Of a DNA stretch of 64,000 nucleotides, positions 24,957 to 37,700 are shown in pieces. This DNA comes from Octopus vulgaris (Eukaryota): NCBI GenBank assembly GCA_951406725.2, contig OX597815.1, forward strand, positions 174,592,001 to 174,656,000, given 5' to 3'. Under the pieces are notes generated by a model. That model was not told the origin of the DNA, searched no databases, and worked only from the letters and a program-made list of their open reading frames with translations. A program made the position numbers and the translations under genes. Every line of letters begins with the position of its first letter. The first letter of the stretch is position 1.

Positions 24957-26559
24957 TATATATATATATACAAAGTTTTATAATTATACTCATAATTATA
25001 AAAATTTGTGTTTAAGTTTACTGAACTACTTGGTAAAATCATTAATTATTAATCAATTAATTAATTAATCACGTAAAATACGCCAATCCGACCGTGGCCG
25101 TTGCCAGCCTCGCCTGGCACCTGTGCAGGTGGCACGTAAAAAGCACCCACTACACTCACGGAGTGGTTGGCGTTAGGAAGGGCATCCAGCTGTAGAAACA
25201 TTGCCAGATAAGACTGGAGCCTGGTGCAGCCTTCTGGCTTCCCAGATCCCCGGTTGAACCGTCCAACCCATGCTAGCATGGAGAACGGACGTTAAACGAT
25301 GATGATGATAATGATATATATATATATATATACTTACACACACACACACCTTTAGCAAAGGGGCACAGTGTAAAAGGATGGCACACTGCCTCATTCCCTA
25401 TTGATGTTGGCTGCTGTGGCTTTCCAGTGAGATCAGTGTACTACTTCTCAAAAAAAAATCAGTCTGGAATCCAAACAAGTGAGCCACCAAGGAGATAGGC
25501 ATGGCAGGTGAAACCAGATCAAGATGGCTGTGGTTGACAAGAGATAACAGATGGAACCCTTTTGCAGGTGAAGACTAATTCAGTTCATGCTGCCCCACTA
25601 AGGCAAAGCATACAGGCTAGAGGGTGAAATGCTTGTGATCCTGAGATATCTGCTAATGATGTGGAAGGGTTTCTGTTACTGTGGTGGATTCATCTGAAGT
25701 TGCAATATCTCAGCTATTCTGGCAATTTCTGCATGGGGCAAAGTATCTCTGATGTTTATTTCACCAATATACACAGACCACACACACTATCAGGCTTACA
25801 TCACTCGCTTCTTCAATAGCCTCATCCCTTAATGCATCTAACACTCATTCTTCTTACCACACATCCCTCTTATCACTCACCTATCATCTATATCACCATC
25901 ATCCATGTCTCTTATCATCTTTGCTTTTATCACTCTTGTTGCTAGTATCCATACCTTATTGCTCATTTCTTGAAAACTCTCACTGTACAACGCTGCTGAA
26001 GTGACAAATGATAGCAGTGGATCTTTTTAGTCACTGGACATTGCTTTTGTGGGACCTATTTGACCACTTCAACAGTCAACCCTTCCCTCTCTCATTCTTA
26101 TCACCCTATCTCTGTCACTGTCACAAGATAAATACTTTAAAAAAAACTTCATTAGATCTGCATGTACCACATACACTCTTCCTATACTCTCCTCTTCCTA
26201 ATCATTTCACATCAATAATATTCATCATTCATGCTATTTACCCATCTTTTGTTATCACTCTTTTGGCTCTCCAAAGCTGACACCATAAAATGCATCCAGT
26301 ACTCTTTGTTAACTGTGAAGGTGGGTGAACACGTTAGTCTTGTCAAAGATGTAACAATCTATTTAGTACTGGTGCCATGAAAATAAGGATTTGTATACTT
26401 TGTAAAGGGCTTGATGTTAGGAATGGCATCCAACCATAGAAACATCATCATCATCAATATTCGTTTTCCATGCTGGCATGGGTTGGACAGTGTGATAGGA
26501 ACCGGCCAGCCAGAGAACTGCCCAGGTTCCAATTGTCTATTTTGGCTGGATGCCTTTTA

Positions 26560-26862
26560 TGCATTGCATTTATGGATGCATTTTACATGGCACTGGCATG
26601 AGAGCATCTTATGTGGAACCAGCACGAGTGCAATGCACATGACACCAGCACAAGTGCATTACACATGGCACCACACAAGTGCATTTCATGTGGAACTAGT
26701 ATGAGTGCATTTTACCTGGTACTGGCATGAGTGTATTATACATGGTACCAGTATAAGTGCATTTCACATGGCATCAGCAAGAGTGCATTTAATGTGGCAC
26801 CAGTATAAATGCATTTAATGTGGTACTGGCACAAGTACATTTTACATACCATCAGCACAAAA
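26560..26862. repeat. Minisatellite of about 11 degenerate 26-bp units (GTGCATTTTACATGGCACCAGCACGA-like)
   Basis: Head-to-tail units inside a (GAT)n-family SINE; a related array in the opposite orientation lies at about 24150-24285. Confidence 0.85.
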
Positions 26863-27363
26863 ACATGATGTGGTCTCATGACCCATCCAATCTATGCTAG
26901 CATGGAAAACAGATGTAAAACGATGATGTTGTAAAAGCATCTGTTGAAAAGATGTTAACATAAACAGTAAATCAATTTAATTAACCTACAGGTAGTAGCT
27001 GAAGTCATCTCAACTCAACATTTCAACTTAAATGGAAGACAATCAAAATTGTATTCTTTAAGACATTTCTTCTAATGATCTACTATTTCCACAAACTTAA
27101 CAACTTGTATTTATTGCATGCTAGAATACTGATTACATTACATGGAGTCTCTATTTGATCACTCATTCTTTGATTTATCAGCCAAATCTCCCATTCATTT
27201 TAAAAAAGGACACACTGGAGAATGTAAAACAGGTTTTCTGTGCTTGAGAAAAGAAGGAATACATAATAAAGCTGATTTGAGAGCTAAATGAATCATCATC
27301 TGTCTAGTAATCTATAACACAATTACAAGTTAAAACAAGAACAGTAAGAACATTATTTAAAGT

Positions 27364-27369
27364 TTTATT
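27364..27369 (-). terminator. Candidate SWT1 polyadenylation signal (AATAAA)
   Basis: AATAAA on the minus strand about 1.3 kb after the stop, followed by a GT/T-rich tract (tgttcttactgttcttgtttt). Other AATAAA motifs exist nearby. Confidence 0.4.
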
Positions 27370-28682
27370 TTTCTTAACAAAATTTTACAGTTTTTCTTCA
27401 TTTTGTAAAAATAGAAAACATTGAAGACATTTTTTTACTCCCTTTAGATAATTTAGAACAGGTGAGATTGAGATAAAAAATATAAATATAGATGAAGATG
27501 TTCATGTTCATGTGAGATTACTGACTTAAATATCACAGAAAAATAAGGTATTAATTATTAATGAGATGTATTGAACATAATTAAATCAAGATTGTTGTTA
27601 GTTTTTCTTTCAAATTACTTTTTCTTAAAGTATAATCATAAACCTGAATGTAATGTAAATAGGAATTATAAAAATGAGAAAAATGGAGAAAGGATGTTCT
27701 GAAATGTTGGAAAATGATTTGGAAAAAAAAATTGGTGATACATGGTATGCTTTCCTAGAAGTCTGAGGGTGGCAATACAATGTAGAACCTGAGTATCTTC
27801 CAGTAGTATTTTTGCATTATTACCTAAGAATTTCATACAGGTAAAATAATAAAATGATTACTGAATTTTTGCCTCAGTGTGGCTGTTTTGTTGTGTTTGT
27901 ATCTAGGTAAGACAATTCTACTTGTTTCAGTTTATCTAGCCCTGTGAGAAAATTACTTATTCTTCTCCAACTAATCATGTTTACTTTTTCTATTTTTATT
28001 TAAACTGGGAATAAAATGCTCATAGTCTTTTCAGACCTTTCCAAAGTGATGAAGATAATGAGGTTGATATGTTTGATCTCAAAGAATTGCAAGAAGATTG
28101 GCAATGCTCAACTTTCTGAAAGAATTAATATTCAAGCAGAATACATCACAACTTCATTGGGATAGCAAGTTAGGGAGAAGATAAACCCTGAGTCACTCAA
28201 GATGTCTTACATCTTCGTGTTGTGCACACATTTGCTGGTTGATGTGTATGAGTATGTGGGCAGGTAGTGGTGCATGTATACATGCACATATACATATATG
28301 CGCAAAAATGCATGCAAGCCTCTGTGTGTATGAAATTTGGTGGGGGAAAAAAAAACAAAGAAAAAAGAATAATTGCTTAAAAGCTAAACATTTTTTTCTT
28401 TTTTTTCATTTCATTTTTGTAACATTAAGTGAAATAAGACAATCACAAATGAAAAAGGAGTTCCTTATTAACTATGAAGGTTATATGAGACTTATTTCTA
28501 ATTCCTGTTATATCAATAACAACAGTACACTCAGTTTTAAACAAATAGCATTTAATAACCTTAATAGCAAATCATAAATCTGATTAGCTTCGATGTTATG
28601 TAATTCAACTTGAAAAAGTCAATTTGGAAGGTGATATTATTGCAAATAACCAGCCAAATATTGGCTACTTAACTAACTTTTG

Positions 28683-28767
28683 TCACGTTGCTATTAACTT
28701 TGAGTGATATGTACGCAAACCACGAATCATGTTTTCCAGTTGGCCAAGACCATTGTTCAATATTTCT
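28683..28767 (-). CDS. SWT1: SWT1 exon 22 (last coding exon)
   Basis: tttcag|REILNNGLGQLENMIRGLRTYHSKLIAT*; TGA at 28685-28683. Confidence 0.83.
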
Positions 28768-31700
28768 CTGAAAGGCAAAAGTGAAAATAACCTTTAAAAA
28801 TTTTTTAACATATAGCCAGATATATGTGTTCATTTATGTTTTTTCACATACAAACATAAGAGTGCTTATAATATGCTTACTGTAGTAGTGTGTGGAATTT
28901 AGTGTATGTATATGTATGTGTGTGTGGTAACCAAGTTTACCAACCCATATCTAAAGGTTTACCACAGCCAGAATTGTCTGACAAGTAATATTGGTTTTAA
29001 ATTTTAGTATGAGGCCAGCAATTCCAGGGAGGATCTAAGTCATTTATATCAACCCCAATGCTCAACTGGTACTTATTTTATTGACCTCCAAAAAGATGAA
29101 AGGCAAAGTGAACTTGGCAGAATTTGAACTCAGATTGTAAAGACGGACAAAATGCTGCTAAGCATTTTGCCCAGTGTGCTAATTATCCTGCCAGCTTGCT
29201 GCCCTTTCTCTGACAAGTAATATTACTCAGACAAAACTGACTGTATGAAATCTTTAAAGGTTCTTATACTAATCACTACACACACTCATACACTAATAAT
29301 AGATCAACAGCTTAAAGCACTCATCCATATTCATATTATTCTCCTTTTTTGCAGTAGAGTTTAATTTGCAATTACTATATTCTAAAGACTTTAGTTTATC
29401 TTTTAGACATTATCTACTTAGTTAATTCATCCTAATTATCATTTCTTTACATTCTGAATTTCCATATCACACATTATCATTTTTAGAATGGTTTTTCACT
29501 ATAATTTGCAATCACTAAATGATTATTAAGAATCAGTGGTTTTCAAACAGAAAGTCATGCATATCCTAAAAACTAAAACTTTGAAAGACAATTTCATGCT
29601 ATCATAATTATTTCTAACTTTGCTACTGAAGATAGGCAGTTAAAAAAACTACTGAAAAAACATTTTTGAAAACCACATATTTTGGTTAATACATTTTGAA
29701 ATGCTACACATTGCTACAAACCACATTTTTGTTATTACATGGAGGATGTGAACAATAACAAATATAATAACAATGCTACTGCTGCCACAACTGCAGATGC
29801 CACCACTACCACCACCACCATTATTATTTAAGGTTTACTTTTCATGTTGGCATGGGTTGCACAGGTCACCATGGCCTATGTAGTTCTTATACAGAGTTAC
29901 TGCCTTCCTAGATAGGTAAGAAATCAAGGCTCATCTCTGTCTTCCAATTTGGGCTTGGTTTTTATAGATCAATGCCATTCCTATCACCAATCACTTTACA
30001 GAATGTACTGTGTTCGTATTATTGTGGCACCAGCATGAGACAGAGTGTCATATTGAGAAGACTAAAGGGTCCTCTCAACCCTACATCGTCCTCATTTGTC
30101 TAGCAGCCTCTTTACTTGATGCACTTTATGATGTATGCTCAAAAGTACAAAAAAATCACAAAATATAACTAAGTTGGTTAACACTTTAATAAATACAAAG
30201 CCTTAAAAAAAAGAAAAACAGTATGTGTATGAGAGAACACATTGGCAATACTCTACAATCCCATTTATATTCTAATCCCCATACAGTGAGGGTATGCCCT
30301 AGCACATTGCCACTCTCTCTCTCTCTCTCTCCATCTGACTGGGTAATCATGTATCTCCTCTACAGCAAGACACCTGTTTCTGTCCCTCTGTCACATTCTA
30401 ACCTCTCATCACCTGGCACAAGGCCACCTTCTCCAATACACCTCACCCATGCTCAAAGGATCTTTGTCTTGCAAGTTACTTGGTGACCCTGCCAGTGCTG
30501 GTGCCTTGTAAAAAGCCTCCAGTCCACACTGTAAAGTGGTTGGCATTTGGAAGGGCCCCCAGCTGCAAACACCATGCCAAAGTAAACTTCACTAGAGCTG
30601 ATGCCATGTAAAAAGCATACAGTTCACTCTATAAAGCGGTTGGCATTGGGGAGGGAATCCGGCCATAAAAACCACGTCAAAAGTCTTCTGGCTTGCCAGC
30701 TCCTGCCAAACCATCCAACCCATGCCAGTGTGGAAAGCAGACATTAAATGATGATGATGATCATCATCATCATCACACACACACATATACAAATAGTCAG
30801 ACAGAAATTATATGTATATGTTAGAAATTACTAAAACATTTCTGGCCAGCATTTCTCCTCGTCCTCACGTCAAATACCTGGTAGAAACAGTGGCTATGCT
30901 GTAAAGTGGCTTGGACTGAAGGGCATCCACAAAAATACATGTTGGTAGTTTTCTCCTCATGTGTGTGTCAGGTGATGCAACAGACCCATCCAACACATGC
31001 CAGAATGGAAAAAGACATAAAAATTACCATGATGGTCACACACATAAAAATATATTACCTTTTATCTGGGAGAAAAAACAAAGCTTGTAGATGAGCACTG
31101 GTGACTTTGGGTTCATTGTCCTAACAAGAAAAAAAGATACAAACAAATATTACACTATACACATATTGAGTTCAGGGACAATCCCTTGGGAGCTAATATA
31201 AATGAGTCATAAATTAGGCTCTTTCAGAAATTATTTTATACAGTGTAAAATATAACAAGAAAAACTGTAAGCCTTAGTAAATTTAAATTTCAAAAAATCA
31301 CAGTAATGGAAATGGAATCATGCAAGAAGTTAAGATGGCAACAAGCCAACACAAAGTATAATACACTTTTCAATAACCTTTCATTCTTCTTACTATGACC
31401 TACAGAAGCATTGGCTATTAAAATGTGAATCAAACAGAAATACTAATGTATTTTTTATCATTATTAATTCAATAGCTTCAGTTATTTAAAGCAGAATTAT
31501 TAATGTTAAAATGATGGGGCTACAAAAACAATGCAAATAACGTCTATTCTGAGTAGATTAACACTATGAGAGTTGGCTGAAAAGTTCATAGGTTGATCAA
31601 GATAATCTCTCGGAATATGACCAAATGAGGTTTATTTTTCAACAGTCCCCCTTGCAGTCCACACACTTCTTCCATCAGTGTTGCAGTGTTTGGATCCCAT

Positions 31701-34700
31701 TGTTGAAGAAGCTTTCATCCTGTTGGTCAGAAAAAGTCATGAACATCAGATATGGCATCATCATCACTGTGACACTAGTTCACGGCTAAGTATTTTTTTC
31801 TGTTGAGGAACAAATAATAGTCAGATGGGGCCAAATCAGGAGAATAGGGAGAGTGATCAACCAGCTCAAAGCCATGGTCACATACAGCAACCACTGAAAC
31901 CAAGGACTTGTGTGCTGGAGCATTGTCCTGATGAAACAAGACCCATTTCATCAATTTTCCTAGGTGTTTTGTTTTGACAGCCTTTCATAACTACCTCGGT
32001 AAGTTGGCATAATACCCTCCATTGATGGTGTGGCTCTCAGTTTTTTGGGATGCACAAAGGCATCCCAAAAAACTGAGACCATCACCTTCCTTGCAGATGA
32101 AATGACCTTGGCCTTCTTCAGAGCAGTTAAGGAGGGGTGTTTCCACAGTATGGATTGTCTCTTTGCCACTGGTTCAAAGTGATGAACCCAATACTCATCA
32201 TGGCTTATGAAACATCCAAGGAAACCAGTTGGATCTGCCTCAAACCATGTCAGATTTTCCCATGATGTAATCAGCCTGGTGCACTTTTGATCAGATGTCA
32301 GATGTGACACCCACTGAGCAGAAACCTTCATTATGCCAAGTTCATTGCACAGAATATTCTCAACTCTCTTATGGGATATACTAATAGCATTGGCTATTTG
32401 ATTTATAGTTAATTGCCTGTCATCCATCAGCATGTGGTGAACACAATTAATGATTTCCTCAATGGCGGCAGTTGCAGAATGTCCAGACCTTGGGTCATCT
32501 TCAAGACTCTCTCTTGCCCTCATAAATTCAGCTGCCCACTTTTGCACTGTTGATAAAGCTAGAGTGTCATCCCCTAAAGTAGCAACCATGTTAGCATGAA
32601 TGTCTATGGGGGCTAAACCCTTTTTCTGCAGGTACTTGATAACACAGAAATGCCAAATTTTGTCCATTTTCAAGAGAAGTCACTACTAGTTACTTTTCAA
32701 GTCTTCTTTGAACAGTCAGATGTGCATTTACCTGGAAAGAAACAATGCAGTTATTTATATGAAGAGTTGAAATTAATGCATGCAAGATTTCACAGTTCTA
32801 ACATCACTCCTTCAGTCAGCCTTTGAACTTTTCAGCCCACTCTCACAGTAGCAGCAATAAACATATTTGTGCCAATGACTATGCTAAACAGAAATGAAAT
32901 CTGAGCTTAGATTTATTCTGAGAGAGAAAAAAAAACTGATGAAGAAAGTTTAATAAAACATCTCAAAAGAAAAAGATAAATATAAAAATATATGTTGATT
33001 TATTGCTGTGTTTGGTTCATATATGAGTGGCATTACTGAAAATATTTATAAAAAATACCTGTAAATATATTTATAGACTTTTAACTGAAAGATATGATAT
33101 ATAATATGGCTTAAAGGAAACATCTTTTAGAGATATTCATATTAAGAAAGAAAAGAATATTTACATGGCCTCCTAACTCAGAGAGCAACAGGTTTAGCTG
33201 ATTTGACAAAGAATTGAATGCTTCAGTATCACAGGGTTTTTCAATATTCATCGCAAGGCAACTAGAAATCATAAAATTTAAACTCAGTATTAGTACGTGT
33301 ATCACTCCATAAGAGTAGAAACAGTAAATGACTTCTAGGTATACAGTTGAGAAAATTAGCACCTGAGAAATATAACAAACAGTTTACATATTCTAATTAT
33401 GGAAAAATTAAAATATTATAACCATTCTATATTAATTTTCTCATTTAAAATTAGATAAGATAATTACCATGAGAAATTAATGTAAGTTGTCTCCATAGCA
33501 GGAATAGAATTTTGAAGAGTTGTTAAGATCTGTTGGCAAGTTTCAGCTGATGGGTCTCTTTGAAGAGCTTGCTCCACCTCTTGGCTAAATTATGAAAAGT
33601 ACAATGTGTAAGAAGGAGAAAAATATAAGAGTTTTGGTGTGTTATTATCAGACTAGATAGAAATTCATAATTTAAGAGATGTAATTTACTACAAAAAAAG
33701 AAAAAAAAAGCTATTTCCAGTTACTAATTTTTTACATTAAAATTTATAAACAAATTTTTTGTTATACATAAATAACCTACTATACTTCCTGAAAATCTAT
33801 TTCAGACATAGGGTAGACCAAAGACTTGTGAAAGACACATCAAGCTAAGTAAAATTGTAATCATGGCCAGTGCCAGTGACATATGAAAGACACCTGTGCC
33901 AGTAACATGTAAAAGACACCCAGTACACTTTGTGGAGTGGATGGTATTAGGAAGGGCATCTAGGCATATAAACCACACCAAAACAGACTGGAACCTGGTG
34001 CAACTTTTCAGTTCCAGTCAAACCATCTTACCCATGCTCACATGGAAAATGGATGCTAAATGATGATGATGATTATATATATATATATATATATATCACG
34101 TGACCAACCAGACCATCAGATGTTGCTACACATTGCTGGTCACAATGCGTTTGCATTGTTTTAGCCTTCAAACGACGCCACCCCACTGGCTAAGCGAGCA
34201 GGCCAATATATATATATAGAGGGGGTGGTGAATATATTGTCGTTTAAATTATGCAAAAATGAAAATAACACCGACTTCTCATTTTAACAGATATATTTAC
34301 CAAAATTACATAAAAATATCTCCTCTACATGCCTACCCACACACACTCTCCATGCGCACACATATCTACTATAGATTCCCCCCTTCTTTCCGATCTCAAT
34401 GTGATCTCTAAACATCTCCCCTCAACACACTTATGAAACATCCCCTTCTTGAATACACCCCACTGTACCTTATGGGTATGTCCTGATACGTCTCCAACAT
34501 CATCTATTTCACCTCTCTCACTCTGACTGTCTCTCTATCTTTCTCTCTAATTCTATCTCTCCTTTCTTTTCCTAGTGTGGTAGCCAAGTATCTCTTCTTA
34601 TAGTAAGACACCTGCTTCTATCCCTCTATTGAACTTTAACCTCTCAACCAGCACAAAACTACCTCTCTCAGTACCACTCCCTCTCCCAGCCAAGGGGTCT

Positions 34701-37700
34701 TTTCTTGCAAGTTACTTGGCAATCCCACTAGTGCTGAGGCTACATAAAAAGCACCAGTGCTGGTGTCTCATAAAAAGCACCCAGTACACTCTGTAAAGTG
34801 GGTGGCATTAGGAAGGGCATCCAGCTATAGAAAACATGCCAAAGGAGACAATGGAGCCTAGCACACTTCTCTGACTTGTCAGCTCCTGTCAAACCATCCA
34901 AGCCACGCCAGTGTGGTAAATATGATTAGTAAATATAGATTAGTAAACAACTAATCTATATCACTGGAAAATGTTAAAATGTACACTAATCATTTAAGAT
35001 AGCATAGACATTTAGTTATGTAACATATTATTACTAATAGACACAAAGTGATGTAACTTACCAGTAGTGATTGAGAAGTTCCCATACTTTCTGAAATTTG
35101 TTGAGTGCTAATGTTTCATTAAACATAACAGAACCAGATTTACTTACAGAGCCATGATCCACCTAATGAATAACAAATTATAGAATCATTACTAAACGTT
35201 AATATTTATCTAGTATCATAAATTAACAAGATAACATAATTTACATTTACTGCTACACAGGACATTAAAATGTCATGTTTTACTTCACAGGGATAATTTT
35301 GTCATTATGAAAAATAAAAGGAAAATAGATGATGTATATCTAACACAGTAGTGTAAATCTTTTGTGGTGTCAGATAATATAAGTTAGTGTTAAAAGTGGC
35401 AATGTTGTGAAGAGATATTCCACCAAGCATGCTGAGAACATGACATAAAAGGGATGCTTGATCATCCATGCCTGTAGAATATTGCTTATACAGTAACAAC
35501 ACTATTTCTAATACAAACCGCTATGTCCAGTCCTCTCCCTACCCCACTACAGAATGCTGGTCCTCTGGAACTCATTCTTACTAATGTCTTTTATGCAGAG
35601 GTTGCATTGCAAGAGTTTTAGTAGAATATTAACTGCATCAATTTCACTGTCAAGCAAGGCTATAGATTTTGCCTTTCCTTTAGCCAGTGGACTCCTCAAC
35701 AGGGTCCACATGGCCTTTGGAGGTCCATATGAGGTTTTATCAGCAAAGTTTATGTGCAATTCATTGGTTATACTTCTATAATAAACTAAATATTTTAACA
35801 TTTTTTAATACAATTCCTAATATTTAACATCAAATGACCATGGGGGCCCAGTAGAGTTAAATAAGAATCAAAGGGGTCCATAAGCAAAAATTGGCTGAGA
35901 ACCACTGTTTTAGACTCAGCAATAAAAAAAATGGAATAAAACCAAGATGTGCCAGTGTGTCTTTAAGGGAAAAGATCAACAGTATTTGTTATTGAGCAAT
36001 TAATTCCACCACACTCTTTTTTGTGCTAGGTGGATCATGTACTCTCTATATTACTAATTGCCTTGCCTCTCTTGTTTGCTGAGGTAGACTCTCCTTAGAA
36101 AGAACATTAACATCTAATATTAGCTACAACAATACAGGAATCTCCTCCGTTAGAGAAGTAATGCATTCCAGAAAAATTAACCATAATGTTAAAACTAATT
36201 CTCTCATTGATTTCTATATTATAAAGTGATAATGTGTTCCAGCAGATATTTATAAAAAACAATGACAAAAAGAAAAAGAAAAACAAGCCACACAACCACA
36301 TTCATGCATGAAAATAACAATTTCTAAACATACACAGTACCATGTGAATGCATAAAAACATTTGAAAAGAAATATGTTAAGGAATAAATAGGAATTGTAA
36401 TATCATAACAGAGTACATTCTTACAATAAAAGATATTGACTACTATGTGAAGGATGGTGGTGGAATGAAAGTTACTGGGAAGATGGGGGACACTATATTC
36501 TAACTTATAGTTGATCATCAACATCTGCTTGAAGAGTGAAGAACATATCCAAAATTGTTTGATGTTTAAGATGCATCATCCCATTGCACTTTGTACAGTT
36601 CAGTGTAGAAAATGAGCTCATTCACTTATATTACATTCATAAGAAATGTAATTTACTATGATATTACATATCAGCAAAAATTTGCAGGCCTACCTCTGTA
36701 AGTGTCAACACTTTAATGATATTCTTTGCAGTCAATCTGAGTTGAGTCGATGGAATTTCTGCATTCTCATCTTAGCCTATCTTGATCTAACAACATCAGA
36801 CCTCATTATATAAACTTTCTCTAGGCAACACTAGCAACTCAACCACATCATCCTCTATGACTCCCTACAATCCTACTTAATTTGTAAGTGCCACAATATC
36901 TTTCTAAATTTGATGTAGGCTTTCTGCTTGTGAAAAATTTACAAAGTCACTGATACAGTCTGCACAATTCGAAGTTGAGTGTTTCCCATGACTCAGCTAT
37001 GTTATCCACAGCATCCATTGTGTTCAACTTCTTCCAGAAGTCTCTAAGTGTAGGTTTATCCTTTTTGTCAATTGCTTTCATAAGCTGTTAGAAAGTACAA
37101 ATACAGCTAATAACCAGTTAGTAGAAATAATATGACATAACATACCTTAGCTTCAGCGTATTTTACCAAAAGTTCATCAATACTTTTGATTGTATTTACA
37201 TCCACTGCTTTAGAGATAATCTCTGTACAAATTGTTTCCATCAGATTTAAGACTTTTAAGTACTGATTAATATCCTCCTGGTAGCTTTAAGCAAATGAAA
37301 AGGACAAATGAATAGTTTTAAAAAAAAAGAAAATTTAAAAAAAACATTCCTAACTATCATATGAATAACTTGAAATAAAAACAATGCATCCCTGTCTTGC
37401 TTTTTTTCTTACTTCTTTTTATTTCCAAGTTAAAATATTGTAACTCAATGGGTATCATGGATAAATAAGTTTGAGCTGCTCGTATTTTTAGCATCTCTCA
37501 TAAAATATGGCATATTGCACCAAAATAATCATTTAAAAATAGAAAAAGAAATAAGGAAATAAAATTAACTTACTCAGAAGACTTAGCAGCTAATGGTTTC
37601 AACACAAAATGACTATTGTGTATCAGGGAAAGCACTTGCTCCATCTCTTTAATAGGATCTACAACAGAAGTTAGCCGTAATAATAATATAACAGATATAA

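Noticed and set aside
25400-26280. Moderately GC-rich segment that might be coding
   Set aside because: No coherent ORF or exon chain; it looks like a heavily decayed LINE but is too degraded to classify with confidence.
26560-26862. Regularly spaced repeats that superficially resemble a CRISPR array
   Set aside because: Units are contiguous and degenerate with no unique spacers, derive from a SINE motif, and sit in a eukaryotic genome with no cas genes.
33111-33362. 83-aa hydrophobic ORF as an independent membrane protein
   Set aside because: It starts at a GTG and its N-terminal part is T-rich intron; only 33165-33261 fits as SWT1 exon 20.
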